A stretch of DNA of 32,000 nucleotides. It comes from Akkermansia muciniphila ATCC BAA-835. Its GTDB lineage: Bacteria; Verrucomicrobiota; Verrucomicrobiia; Verrucomicrobiales; Akkermansiaceae. The first letter of the stretch is position 1; every line of letters starts with the position of its first letter. Both the position numbers and the translations under genes were made by a program. Positions 1 through 9,728 of the stretch are shown in pieces. Location of the stretch: contig NC_010655.1 in assembly GCF_000020225.1 (NCBI RefSeq), positions 2,250,001 through 2,282,000 of the forward strand. Direction: 5' to 3'. The notes beneath the pieces are model-generated. The model had not been told where the DNA came from, searched no databases, and saw only the letters and a list, made by a program, of their open reading frames with translations.

Positions 1-1
1 T

Positions 2-421
2 TCCCCCATGCCGTCTCCCTATAATAAGGAGCTGCGGCCTACAATGACCCTGTACAGCCGCATTACTCTGATACGCACGCTGCCGGGAAATCACGGCGTT
101 TCCTACAACCACTGCTATATAACGAAGGGGAGCACGAAGGTGGCCACTATCGGCATCGGTTATGCGGATGGCTATCTTCAATATCTGTCTAACCAGGGAG
201 CGAGGGTGTATATCAATGGCCAGTACTGTCCGGTTTTGGGCCGTGTGACGATGGACCAGATCATGGTGGACGTTACTTACATGGACCATGTGGAGACCGG
301 AGACCTGGTGGAAATCATGGGGCCTAATGTAAGCTGGGAGGAACTGACGCGCCGTGCCAATACCATCCCCAGCAATGTGCTGACCAGCATCAGCGCCCGC
401 GTGCCCCGGATTTACGTGTAG
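2..421 (+). CDS. alr: Alanine racemase, C-terminal fragment (5' end lies upstream of the window)
   Basis: The frame is open from base 2, upstream of listed ORF 8..421. The translation ...[41 protein letters not shown]...[18 protein letters not shown] matches the conserved C-terminal barrel of PLP-dependent alanine racemases. At 137 aa it is far shorter than a full enzyme. Confidence 0.8.
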   Translation, partial: SPMPSPYNKELRPTMTLYSRITLIRTLPGNHGVSYNHCYITKGSTKVATIGIGYADGYLQYLSNQGARVYINGQYCPVLGRVTMDQIMVDVTYMDHVETGDLVEIMGPNVSWEELTRRANTIPSNVLTSISARVPRIYV

Positions 422-539
422 GATAATGCCGGGGGCATGGTGATTAAAAGCTGTTGCCCGCCGCCCGAAAAAAATCAGGGGATTTGTTTGCAGATATGTT
501 TTTCCCCGGCGGACACGGATAAACGTTTTACCGTACCTT

Positions 540-1547
540 TTACCGCTGGCGGATTCTATTCCAGTCTTCCGGCTCCAGAGCGCAGGGATCAGGGGCTACC
601 CAGTGGCCCGGTTCTATTTCCACAGGGGTAAGGTCCGCTCCCACCGTCTCCGGATAGGAGGGGTGCTGGATGCGATGGCCGAAAGCAGAGCCGAGCGGCG
701 GGTTGATGGGAGAGGGGACGTCTCCCGGCAGAGGCTGGTGCTTGTTGGCCCTGGAGGGGTCTGGTTCCGGAATAGCGTCCAGAAGAGCCTTGGTGTAAGC
801 ATGTTTGGGGGATTGATAGATGGTTTCCGCATCTGACATTTCCACGATTTTACCCAGATACATGACCGCCACGCGGTCGGAGATGTGTTTGACGACCGCC
901 AGATCATGGGCAATAAACAGGTAAGAGAGTTTGCGTTCCTCCTGAAGTTCCAGCAGCAGGTTGAGCACCTGGGACTGGACGGATACGTCAAGGGCGGAGA
1001 CGGGTTCGTCCAGAATAATGAGGCTGGGATTTAACGTCAGGGCGCGGGCGATGCCGATGCGCTGGCGTTGCCCGCCTGAGAATTCAAAGGGGAAGCGGTC
1101 AATAGCGCTGTCCGGCAACCCTACGCGATCCAGCAGGCCGCGCACCCATTCCCGGCGCGCGGCGGGGGTGCCCATGCGGTGGATGACAAAGGGTTCCGCT
1201 ACGATTTGACCGATGGATTGCCTCTGGTTGAGGGATTCCGCAGGGTCCTGGAAGACCATCTGGATGTGCGGACGCAGAGGCCTCATTTTGCGCTGGGAGA
1301 GTCTGGCGATATTGTTGCCGTTGAACCGGATGGAGCCCCCGGTGGGTTTCAGCAGGCGGACAATGCTTTTGCCAATGGTTGATTTTCCGCAGCCGGATTC
1401 CCCTACCAGGCCCAGCGTTTCCCCCGGGTAAATATTGAAGGAAACGTCGTCCACAGCCTTGACCCATCCCGCTTGCCGCAGGAAAATTCCGGAGCGGACG
1501 GGGAAGTACATTTTCAAATTGTCTACTTGCAAGAGAGGTTCCGGCAT
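540..1547 (-). CDS. Peptide ABC transporter ATP-binding protein (OppF/DppF-like)
   Basis: ATG start at 1547. Walker [13 protein letters not shown] signature FSGGQRQRIGIARAL and Walker B LIILDEPVSALD are present, plus the Opp/Dpp C-terminal extension (SPKHAYTKALLDAIP). It is the last gene of the transporter operon. Confidence 0.9.
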   Translation of the reverse strand: MPEPLLQVDNLKMYFPVRSGIFLRQAGWVKAVDDVSFNIYPGETLGLVGESGCGKSTIGKSIVRLLKPTGGSIRFNGNNIARLSQRKMRPLRPHIQMVFQDPAESLNQRQSIGQIVAEPFVIHRMGTPAARREWVRGLLDRVGLPDSAIDRFPFEFSGGQRQRIGIARALTLNPSLIILDEPVSALDVSVQSQVLNLLLELQEERKLSYLFIAHDLAVVKHISDRVAVMYLGKIVEMSDAETIYQSPKHAYTKALLDAIPEPDPSRANKHQPLPGDVPSPINPPLGSAFGHRIQHPSYPETVGADLTPVEIEPGHWVAPDPCALEPEDWNRIRQR

Positions 1548-1565
1548 GGCTGGTAGAAAAAGAAG

Positions 1566-2543
1566 TTAAAGGTTGGCGCAACGGGGGCAGGCTTCCACGA
1601 AGTGGTCCGGGGATATTTCCACGAGGGGAGGGCGTTCCGTGAGTTCTTCCGCGGGCACACCCTGCCTTTGGCAGAAGCGGCATCCGGGAACAAAATCCGC
1701 AATAGAGGCCACCTGACCGGGAATGGTGGGCAGTTTGGTTTTCCGCACGGAACTTAGCTGAGGGATGGAGGCCAGCAGTCCCTTGGTGTAAGCATGGCGG
1801 GGGTTGGCAAAAAGTTCCCGGACAGGGGCCTTTTCCACCACGCGGCCAGCGTACATGACGACTACGGAGTCACAGCTCTGTGCGATGACGCCCAGGTCAT
1901 GTGTAATGAGGATGGAGGATGACCCCATTTCCGCCTGAAGGTCTTTGAGCAGGGACAGGATTTGAGCCTGAACGGTGACATCCAGGGCCGTAGTAGGTTC
2001 ATCCGCAATGATGAGTTCCGGATGGCAGGCCAGGGCAATGGCTATGACGACGCGCTGGCGCATGCCGCCGGAGAGCTGATGAGGAAATTCGTCCACACGC
2101 TGTTCCGGGGCGGGGATACGAACGCGCTGCAGGAGCTGGATGGCTGCGTCCCGGGCTTCCCTGGTGTTCATTCCCCGGTGGAGCATCAGGGATTCCCCAA
2201 TTTGCCTGCCGATGCTGTGTACGGGATTGAGCGCCGTCATTGGTTCCTGGAAAATGACGCCGATATGGCGGCCGCGGATGCCGTGCATGTCCGTCTCTTT
2301 TGCCTGAACCAGGTCGCGGCCCTTGAACAGAATTTGCCCGTCCAAAATTTTCCCCATGGGCTGGGGCAGCAGCCGGACGATGGACATGGCCGTAACGCTT
2401 TTGCCGCAGCCTGATTCCCCTACGATGCCTACGCAGGTACCTTTGGGGACGGTGAAGCTGACGCCGTCCACCGCTTTCAACAGGCCGGATTCCGTTTCGA
2501 AGCCGGTGACCAGGTTCTTGATTTCCAACAGGGGATCGCTCAT
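1566..2543 (-). CDS. Peptide ABC transporter ATP-binding protein (OppD/DppD-like)
   Basis: ATG start at 2543. Walker [10 protein letters not shown], signature [15 protein letters not shown] and Walker [12 protein letters not shown] are present, plus the C-terminal [15 protein letters not shown] motif. Its start lies 3 nt downstream of the binding-protein stop. Confidence 0.9.
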   Translation of the reverse strand: MSDPLLEIKNLVTGFETESGLLKAVDGVSFTVPKGTCVGIVGESGCGKSVTAMSIVRLLPQPMGKILDGQILFKGRDLVQAKETDMHGIRGRHIGVIFQEPMTALNPVHSIGRQIGESLMLHRGMNTREARDAAIQLLQRVRIPAPEQRVDEFPHQLSGGMRQRVVIAIALACHPELIIADEPTTALDVTVQAQILSLLKDLQAEMGSSSILITHDLGVIAQSCDSVVVMYAGRVVEKAPVRELFANPRHAYTKGLLASIPQLSSVRKTKLPTIPGQVASIADFVPGCRFCQRQGVPAEELTERPPLVEISPDHFVEACPRCANL

Positions 2544-2546
2544 GTG

Positions 2547-4796
2547 TTATTTTTCCGTGGCAGAAGGTTCCAGAGGGTCGCCGCTTTCCGGGATGACAGG
2601 CACAGACGGCAGCTTGCCGCCGCCATCCTTGTTATCCAGGCTTTCAATGGAGTCCATGTAGCGATACTGGTCATACACGGTATCCACTTCCTCGAATGTT
2701 TTTCCTTCCCGCTTGGCTTCCATTGTTTCCTTTTTGATATCGTTATCCACCCAGTACAGATAACTTTCCATGGGATCAAATACGACGGGATGGCAGAATT
2801 GCGTAGTTGCACTGTTCGGCCATTTGACCCAGCGCCAGTAACCCAGTCTGATGAATTCCGTGGTCCAGCAGGGAACCCACAGGGCTTCGTCATCAATTTT
2901 CTGCTGCACTTTCCACGTGGCCTTTTGGAGTTCGTCTTCCGTGGCTGCGTTTGTTTCTGCGTCCAGCAGCTTGTCCATTTCTTTGTCCGCGTAAGCGCAG
3001 ATGTTATTGGTATAGGTAATAAGGCCTCCACGCTCATCATAGGCGTACCGGGAGTGGAACCCCTGCTCGTTCATCGGATGGGGGGGAGTGAATCCCCAGG
3101 CCATGAAGGAGGCCTGAGCGCGTTTTTCCATGATTTTGCGGAAAGCTACGGTGGAGTCCAGAGGGTCAAGCTGGATTTCCAGGCCGCACTTGCGCGCGTC
3201 TTCCTTCAGCTTGCCCAGAGTGGAAGCCAGGGAAGGAGATGAATTGGGGAAGGTGATGGCTGCGGTGAGCCGGGTGCCGTCCGGTTTGCGGAGGATACCG
3301 TCCGGGCAGGGGATGGTGTAGCCCGCCCTGGCGAAATAAGCTCGGGCCTGTTCCGGGGAATAGGGGCGCGCCTTGATATAAGGATTGGTGAATTTGCCGA
3401 AACCTGAATTGTAGGAATTGAGCCGCTGGTAGTCTCCGCGGAAGGTAATGTCAATGATATTCTGGATATTAAGTGCGTGCTGGAACCCCCGGCGAACATT
3501 GAGGTCATTGAAGGGGGCTTTGGAGGTATTCAGAAAAACTCCGTAAGGAGGGCGGGGGTAAATGGTGTAAAATGTGCTGCGGTTGATGTAGCCGTTGTGA
3601 ACCTCCGGTATTTCCATGCGTTCGTGCCATAGTTCCGGTTTGGTGATGTTCAAAACGTCCAGTTCTCCAATGCGGAAGAGTTCGATGGCCTTGGATGGTT
3701 CCGCAATGAAATTATACACGATTTGATCCACATTATACATGTATTTCGTGAATTTTTTGTCCTTGGCCCACCAGTCCGGCACGCGCTGGAGCGTTACCTG
3801 GCGGCCGCGGATGATACCGTCCGGCTTGACAACGTAAGCGCCCGTAGTGGGCGGTATGCGCCACTGGTAGCGTTCCACGTAGTTGGGGCCGAACTCGCAA
3901 TAAAAATGCGGCGGGGACGGAATGAACAGCGTGCAATAGTACGGGAGCAGAGGTTTGGCGAAGGGGAGTGTGATGGAAAAGCGGCTGTCGTCGTAGATGG
4001 TGATGTTGGAAGCGTTCTGGTAAAAAAAGTTGTTGTAGAATACGTCCCGGCTGTATTCCGAAGTGCGGATATACATGTTCACCAGGAGGTCGATGGCCTT
4101 TACCTTGGCTCCGTCCGTATAGCGGGCATCCGGATCCAGTTCGAAGTAAACAGTGCGCCTGTCTGGGGATTCCGCCCATTTATGAGCGATTCCTGGAATG
4201 ATTTTTCCCGTAACCGGATGGATGGAAACGAGGCCGATGATGATTTCATCATACAGGGGACCGCGGAAACCGCTGTTGCTGTTCGGGCCGTTGGGCCGGA
4301 ATGTGTCGGGATAGGAGCCGGGGGCCCACTGGCGCAGCACGCCTCCTTTTTTGGCGTTCGGATCCCCTATCTCCGGATTGTCCAGTCCATCCTCCCACTT
4401 CAGGTCTTGGGGGATGTCCGCCGGGGTTTTGAATTTGATGTAGTCGCCTTCCGTCTGCCTGCGGTGAATGACGGACAGGGCGGCTTCATCCGCAATGAGC
4501 TTGCTTTGCAGTTTTTCCCTGACTTTAGAATCTTCCTCTTTAAAAAACTTGTCCCGGAGCTCCCGTATTTCCTTTTGCTTGGCAGCTTCCTCACGAGCCA
4601 GGCGGTCATTGATCTGTTTGTTCCATCGTTCCGGGAAGGAATCAAATCCCGGTGGGAGTGTGCCGAAGGGTACATTCGGCTGCCAGCCTACCCCCTGGGA
4701 TTGGGAGGAATCCTTGCAACCGGACCCGGCTGTCAACAGAAGGGACAGCATCACGGAAGAAAGGGTGGAACGGAGGAGGGTGGACAGCTTAAGCAT
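2547..4796 (-). CDS. ABC transporter substrate-binding protein, family 5 (peptide/Yej-like), probable lipoprotein, 749 aa
   Basis: The segment IGLVSIHPVTGKIIPGIAHKWAESPDRRTVYFELDPDARYTDGAKVKAIDLL fits the N-terminal SBP_bac_5 pattern. I moved the start from the track value 4853 to the ATG at 4796 (MLKLSTLLRSTLSSVMLSLLLTAGSGC...). That start gives a signal peptide ending in Cys and removes the 32-nt overlap with the upstream permease. Confidence 0.8.
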   Translation of the reverse strand: MLKLSTLLRSTLSSVMLSLLLTAGSGCKDSSQSQGVGWQPNVPFGTLPPGFDSFPERWNKQINDRLAREEAAKQKEIRELRDKFFKEEDSKVREKLQSKLIADEAALSVIHRRQTEGDYIKFKTPADIPQDLKWEDGLDNPEIGDPNAKKGGVLRQWAPGSYPDTFRPNGPNSNSGFRGPLYDEIIIGLVSIHPVTGKIIPGIAHKWAESPDRRTVYFELDPDARYTDGAKVKAIDLLVNMYIRTSEYSRDVFYNNFFYQNASNITIYDDSRFSITLPFAKPLLPYYCTLFIPSPPHFYCEFGPNYVERYQWRIPPTTGAYVVKPDGIIRGRQVTLQRVPDWWAKDKKFTKYMYNVDQIVYNFIAEPSKAIELFRIGELDVLNITKPELWHERMEIPEVHNGYINRSTFYTIYPRPPYGVFLNTSKAPFNDLNVRRGFQHALNIQNIIDITFRGDYQRLNSYNSGFGKFTNPYIKARPYSPEQARAYFARAGYTIPCPDGILRKPDGTRLTAAITFPNSSPSLASTLGKLKEDARKCGLEIQLDPLDSTVAFRKIMEKRAQASFMAWGFTPPHPMNEQGFHSRYAYDERGGLITYTNNICAYADKEMDKLLDAETNAATEDELQKATWKVQQKIDDEALWVPCWTTEFIRLGYWRWVKWPNSATTQFCHPVVFDPMESYLYWVDNDIKKETMEAKREGKTFEEVDTVYDQYRYMDSIESLDNKDGGGKLPSVPVIPESGDPLEPSATEK

Positions 4797-4821
4797 AAGA
4801 AATGGCAAAGCGGGAGTCTTT

Positions 4822-6429
4822 TTATTTATAAGTGGTGAATTTTTTAGGGTCAAAGGCTTCGCGGACAGCCTCCCCGATAAAGGTGACGAGCAGGAGGGTA
4901 ATCACCAGGGCGGAAAAGGCGGAGGTAACCACCCAGCTGGCGGAAAGATCCGCCAGTCCGTCATTGAGCAGGCGCCCCCAGCTGGCGTATGTGTCAGGAA
5001 GGCCGAAGCCCAGATAGTCCAGGGAAGCCAGAGCCAGAATGAGGGCGGAAACGCTGAACGGAACCAGAGTGACCAGAATGGCGACTAGGTTGGGCAGGAT
5101 ATGAACGAAGAGAATACGGCTGGTGGAAGCCCCAAGCACGCGGGCGGCCGCCACGTAGTCGCGCGCTTTTTCCTTCATGGTGGAGGTTCTGAGCTGGTAG
5201 GTCATGGACATCCACCCGAACATGATTAGAAGGCTGATAATCAGGAACATGCCCTTCATATGAAGGGGAACCATATCTGAAATAATCATGATGATGAAAA
5301 GGAAGGGAACCTGGGAGAAGATTTCAATGAGGCGCTGCATGCCGAGGTCAAACATGCCGCCGAAGTATCCCATCATCATTCCAAAGGTGATGCCGATGAA
5401 ATATACGATAGGCAGGTAGAAGAGTGCGGCTTTCATATTTACTTGGAGGCCGCCGTACAGATAAGCCAGAATGTCCGCCCCCTGGGTATTGGTGCCAAGC
5501 AGGTGGCCCCCCTTGAGGGGCGGGGAGGGGTGGTAGAAGATACGGCTGATTTTATGTTCATCCGTCTGTTTCAGGAATTCCTCTTTGGTGCCGGGGCCGC
5601 TGTAATGTTCCGCCACAATGTTGTTGTTTTCATACGTGGCGCTGTACACCTCCGTTCTGTCTTCCAGCCAGCCGGTGGCCCGGTCCACTTTCTTTCCCTT
5701 GCGGAATTTGTAGCTGATGTGGGGAAGGGCTTCTTCATCCTTATGCAAACGGGAGGCCAAACCGGAATACGGCTTGCCGCCGGCCTCGCAGACGAGACCG
5801 TCTTCATTCACCATCAAAGCTTCCGAACCGGGGTTGGTGGAATCTCCCGTGGGATCGTATGGAACCAGAGGCATGATGACAAGGGAGGGTTTTCCCGGCT
5901 GGCCTGCCTGTTTTTTCAGTTCGCGGTAGTTGGCTTCCGCATCCGCAAAATCTCCGGTCTGGCCAAATGTAGAACCCTTGTATACTTTGCGCATCATGGC
6001 CGGAAAGTACCAGGATCCGTCCTGAACGACAAGGAGGGCCCGCTTGCCCACCAGGCACTGGTCCATACAGGCCAATAGCGTCAATACAAGCAAAATGAGG
6101 AGGGATACGTAACCGCGGGAGATGCTTTTAAAACGCTGGATGCGGCGCCTGGTGATCGGCGTTGGATGGAACCTCCGGGGGCCTTTCAGCATGAGCCAGA
6201 ACCCGAGGCCTCCCATGACCAGCACGCAAACCCAGCCGAACCACAGGAATTTCCCCTGAGGCGTCAGAAGGCCGCCGTTGTTCTGGTCCGTACAGACGAT
6301 GTTGAGCATGCTCATTTCCCGTGAGACGGTGAAGGGCCAGCTTAACGTGGGCAGGAGCAGCCCGCACAGCTCTCCCACGGCAGTAAGAACCGCCAGAATG
6401 ACCAAAAGGTATGCCAGTTTTCTAACCAT
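4822..6429 (-). CDS. ABC transporter permease (OppC/DppC/YejE-like), enlarged 535-aa form
   Basis: ATG start at 6429. The conserved LLGTNTQGADILAYLYGG segment and the EAA-loop region RDYVAAARVLGASTSRILFVHILPNLV are typical of Opp/Dpp C-type permeases. Multiple hydrophobic helices are present. Confidence 0.85.
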   Translation of the reverse strand: MVRKLAYLLVILAVLTAVGELCGLLLPTLSWPFTVSREMSMLNIVCTDQNNGGLLTPQGKFLWFGWVCVLVMGGLGFWLMLKGPRRFHPTPITRRRIQRFKSISRGYVSLLILLVLTLLACMDQCLVGKRALLVVQDGSWYFPAMMRKVYKGSTFGQTGDFADAEANYRELKKQAGQPGKPSLVIMPLVPYDPTGDSTNPGSEALMVNEDGLVCEAGGKPYSGLASRLHKDEEALPHISYKFRKGKKVDRATGWLEDRTEVYSATYENNNIVAEHYSGPGTKEEFLKQTDEHKISRIFYHPSPPLKGGHLLGTNTQGADILAYLYGGLQVNMKAALFYLPIVYFIGITFGMMMGYFGGMFDLGMQRLIEIFSQVPFLFIIMIISDMVPLHMKGMFLIISLLIMFGWMSMTYQLRTSTMKEKARDYVAAARVLGASTSRILFVHILPNLVAILVTLVPFSVSALILALASLDYLGFGLPDTYASWGRLLNDGLADLSASWVVTSAFSALVITLLLVTFIGEAVREAFDPKKFTTYK

Positions 6430-6434
6430 GTGTA

Positions 6435-7823
6435 TTATTCAAATTTGATGCGCGGATCCACAGCGGCCACGATGATATCGGAGAGAAGGTTGCCCAGTAC
6501 CATCAGGAAGGAGGTAAGCAGCAGCGTTCCCATGATCAGGGCGTAATCCTTGTCCATCAGAGCCTGGTAACTCAGCATCCCGAACCCCTGGATATCGAAA
6601 ACTTTTTCCACCAGCATGGAGCCGGCCACAATCAGGCTAATGAGGCTGCCCAGAGTGGAGGCAATGGGTATAAAGGAGTTACGGAAGGCATGCTTGATGA
6701 CGGCCCCTCTGAAACTCACGCCCTTGGCCATGGCTGTCCTGATGTAGTCCGCGGAAAGATTGTCCATCAGGTTGTTTTTCATCATCATGGTGGTGATGGC
6801 AAAGGAACTTACTACATAACAAATCAGGGGGAGCACCGTATGGTGCAGCAGGTCTCCGGCCTGTTGCCAGAACCCCATGTCCGCAAAGTCCGGAGACGTA
6901 AGCCCGCAGAGAGGGAACCATTCCAGCCGCGCGCCCAGATACACCACCAGTACGGCTCCCAGGGCGAACCCAGGCACGGAGTACCCCAGGAAAATCAGGA
7001 CGGAAGAGATGTTGTCCACCAGGCTTTTATGGCGGATTGCCTTTACTACCCCAAGGGGAATGCAGACGGAATAGGTAATAATGGCGCTCAGGATGCCGAA
7101 GTACAGGGAAACGGGAATGCGCTCCTTAATCATGTCCCATACGGGTTCATTGTACTTAAATGAGTTGCCCATAGTTCCCTGGAGCAGCCCGTCAAAGCTG
7201 GTCTTGTACATTACGGCACGCCAGGCATAGCCCCGAGCCTTGTCGCGGACGGCCTCCGTATTATCCGTCTGCCTCATGCGGCGCGCCCAGCGTTCCGCGC
7301 GGTCCATGGGGGATTCTATATCCACGGTCCAGCCTTCTGAAGCGGCTTTCCGGGACGGCGTGCCGGAAAAGAAAGCATCTTTCACGCTGCCGGAATCCTT
7401 GTCCTGGCGAACTACGACGACTTGTTCTCCTGTTTCATTCAGATTGATCCGTGTATGCGTATCGGAAATGCCGGAATATTCATCTTCCTTGTCTCCCTCT
7501 CCCGCTCCGCCGATTTCCCCGAATTCCTCACGGGAAATGAAAATCTTTTTGGGCAGCACGCCCAGCCATTGCAGATAAGCCGTGATGATGGGCTCCTGCA
7601 GGCTGTACTGCTCTTCCAGCCGCTCCATATCCGCTTCACTCAGGTTATTGTCGCCGCGCTGGGAGCCGGCTTTCTGTCCGGACAGGGCGCTCATGCTTTG
7701 CTGCTGCATCATCTGCTCAATGGGACCTCCCGGAACAAAACGGGTTATGCAAAAGACGAGAAACGTAACCCCCAGGAGCGTCAAGGGCATGAGAAGGAGT
7801 CGTCTGATGATATAGGTCTTCAT
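6435..7823 (-). CDS. ABC transporter permease (OppB/DppB/YejB-like), enlarged 462-aa form
   Basis: ATG start at 7823. It has an N-terminal TM helix (LLLMPLTLLGVTFLVFCI) and the EAA-loop region ADYIRTAMAKGVSFRGAVIKHAFRNSFIPIAS. It is the first gene of the operon. Confidence 0.85.
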   Translation of the reverse strand: MKTYIIRRLLLMPLTLLGVTFLVFCITRFVPGGPIEQMMQQQSMSALSGQKAGSQRGDNNLSEADMERLEEQYSLQEPIITAYLQWLGVLPKKIFISREEFGEIGGAGEGDKEDEYSGISDTHTRINLNETGEQVVVVRQDKDSGSVKDAFFSGTPSRKAASEGWTVDIESPMDRAERWARRMRQTDNTEAVRDKARGYAWRAVMYKTSFDGLLQGTMGNSFKYNEPVWDMIKERIPVSLYFGILSAIITYSVCIPLGVVKAIRHKSLVDNISSVLIFLGYSVPGFALGAVLVVYLGARLEWFPLCGLTSPDFADMGFWQQAGDLLHHTVLPLICYVVSSFAITTMMMKNNLMDNLSADYIRTAMAKGVSFRGAVIKHAFRNSFIPIASTLGSLISLIVAGSMLVEKVFDIQGFGMLSYQALMDKDYALIMGTLLLTSFLMVLGNLLSDIIVAAVDPRIKFE

Positions 7824-7990
7824 TCGTCGCGCTGAACTCTACCGATTTGTGGAAGGTGAGGCAAGTAGCAATGCAAATTTGTAAGCCTTTGCTAACATAA
7901 GGTGCTGCCCGGTTCTTCTTAAGATGAAAGGGAAACAATGCAATACGGCAGGTTTCCTTTCTTTTGGCAGGCCTTTCGGGAGGTGCGGAA

Positions 7991-8728
7991 TTACATTCCT
8001 TCTCCCAACCGGCGCGCCAGCATGTCCGGAAGACCGGCGGCCAGAATGCGTCTTTGTGCCTCCGCTACATCGTATTCCACGCGGCGCTGGTAGTACACCA
8101 TGCTGTCTTCGTCAAGCACGCCGTAGGCGGCGCGGGGGTCGCCGTCTCTGGGCTGGCCTACAGAGCCCACATTAATCAGATATTTGTTGGTTTTGAGTAG
8201 TTGGATATCCCCGGATTCATATTCATGGATGCTTCCTTCATGGCGGATGAATGTACGGGGGACGTGAGTGTGTCCGTTAAAGCACAGGAATTGATTGTCA
8301 CGCAGCATATTGATGCTGTGGGTAGCCGTATCCACATTCGTGACGTAAGCCCAGGAGTTGGGCTTGTCCTGTGTAGCGTGCACCAGAACGATTTCATTGG
8401 GGAGAATGCGCTGGAAAGGAGCGCGGCGAAGCCATTTTTTCTGTTCTTCGGAAAGTTGCTGCCGCGTCCACATCAGGGCATTGTAAGCTACTGGGTTCAT
8501 CCCTGCCGGATTGTCTTCTCCAATGGCTTCCTCATCATGGTTGCCGCGCACGGTGGGAATCTGGCGGCTGCGGATGAATTCAAGGCATTCGGACGGATTG
8601 GCGTTATAGCCCACAACATCGCCCAGGCAGTAAACGGCATTGCATTGAAGCTGTTCTATATCCTTCATCACCGCTTCCAGAGCGGGCAGATTGGCATGGA
8701 TGTCACTAATCAGGGCTATTCTACTCAT
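7991..8728 (-). CDS. Calcineurin-like metallophosphoesterase (YfcE/ApaH-like family), 245 aa
   Basis: Canonical metallophosphoesterase motifs are present: SDIHAN, LGDVVGY, RGNHDE, GHTH. I moved the start from 8827 to the ATG at 8728 (MSRIALISDIHAN) because the family normally begins immediately before the DxH motif. The upstream 33 codons look non-native. Confidence 0.8.
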   Translation of the reverse strand: MSRIALISDIHANLPALEAVMKDIEQLQCNAVYCLGDVVGYNANPSECLEFIRSRQIPTVRGNHDEEAIGEDNPAGMNPVAYNALMWTRQQLSEEQKKWLRRAPFQRILPNEIVLVHATQDKPNSWAYVTNVDTATHSINMLRDNQFLCFNGHTHVPRTFIRHEGSIHEYESGDIQLLKTNKYLINVGSVGQPRDGDPRAAYGVLDEDSMVYYQRRVEYDVAEAQRRILAAGLPDMLARRLGEGM

Positions 8729-8852
8729 GGTATTGTAAGCAAAGAGCATAGCACTTTGGGGAGGTTTTGCCAAGCGCGTTTGCTCACAGGAAATCATGGT
8801 TGGGGCACAGGGTGCCGGCCTTCCCATGACCCCTTATTTCCGTCTGTTTGAT

Positions 8853-9728
8853 TTACTCGTCTTTTGCCGGAGGCAAAGATTCCAGGGCTTCTCTCAGCCC
8901 GTCTACCGGATATTTCAGGGAATTGGCCAGATGGCTGGTCATCAGGTCACGGGCGATCTCATCCGTGGGAAACAGCTCCCGGAAGGGGATGCGTTCCTTT
9001 TCCGGTATGTTCAGCCTGTTTTCCAGAACAAAAATATTACTCACCAGGCTGGGTGTCCTGTTGCGGGGATCCTTGAATAACTCCCGGCCCAGTTCCAGAG
9101 CTTCTCCGGATTTGGAAGGCACACGGACGAGCGCATAAAATTCTTTGCGGGCCGTAAGGGGAGGCGCTCCCAAATCCCGTGCCTTGCGGTAGGCTTCCGC
9201 CGCCTTTTCAAAGTCCGGTTGCCGGTAGGTATCGCTATACATGTTGCCCAGCAGGGATTGAAGGTACCAGCTGTCAGGATTGGCGTTGATGCCTTTTTCC
9301 AGGAAGCGGCGCCCCTTTTGAATGTATTTGCGGAAGCCTTCCCGGCGTTCCATGGGAGAAAGACGTTTATTGTCCAGATAACTGGAGGAAGCGTTATTGC
9401 CCAAATGCCACGATCCGTTGTCCCAGTAAAAATCGGAGTGAGGAGCGAGAGAGGTAACCTGGTTGTAGCGGCGTTCCAGGTTGGCCCAGTCGGAAATCAG
9501 GAAACAGTCGAAAGCTTCCATGCTCAGCACGGCCGCCACCAGGGAGCGGAGCCCTCCCAGGGAGACCATGGCAAGTTGTTGTTCCAGATAATCGGAAGAG
9601 GAAAGCTCTACCGGATTATCCAGCAGCCCCTCCGCCTTCTCCTGTTCCAGAATATGATTCTGCAAAGGCAGGCGAATCATGCCGAAGCCCAGAAGGGCAA
9701 TGATGAAAATGACGATGGTCTTCAGCAT
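8853..9728 (-). CDS. Hypothetical membrane-anchored protein, predicted helical-repeat (TPR-like) ectodomain
   Basis: ATG start at 9728, with one N-terminal hydrophobic helix (IVIFIIALLGFGMI). The remainder is helix-prone with Tyr/Trp/Leu periodicity (e.g. EKAAEAYRKARDLG). I recognise no catalytic motif. Native-like GC (about 52% on a sampled line). Confidence 0.55.
   Translation of the reverse strand: MLKTIVIFIIALLGFGMIRLPLQNHILEQEKAEGLLDNPVELSSSDYLEQQLAMVSLGGLRSLVAAVLSMEAFDCFLISDWANLERRYNQVTSLAPHSDFYWDNGSWHLGNNASSSYLDNKRLSPMERREGFRKYIQKGRRFLEKGINANPDSWYLQSLLGNMYSDTYRQPDFEKAAEAYRKARDLGAPPLTARKEFYALVRVPSKSGEALELGRELFKDPRNRTPSLVSNIFVLENRLNIPEKERIPFRELFPTDEIARDLMTSHLANSLKYPVDGLREALESLPPAKDE

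Noticed and set aside
3723-4838. 371-aa plus-strand ORF antisense to the substrate-binding-protein gene
   Set aside because: It lies wholly inside a gene with clear family-5 SBP similarity on the other strand. Its translation is Arg/Gly/Val-rich with no recognisable motifs, which is typical of a GC-rich shadow ORF.
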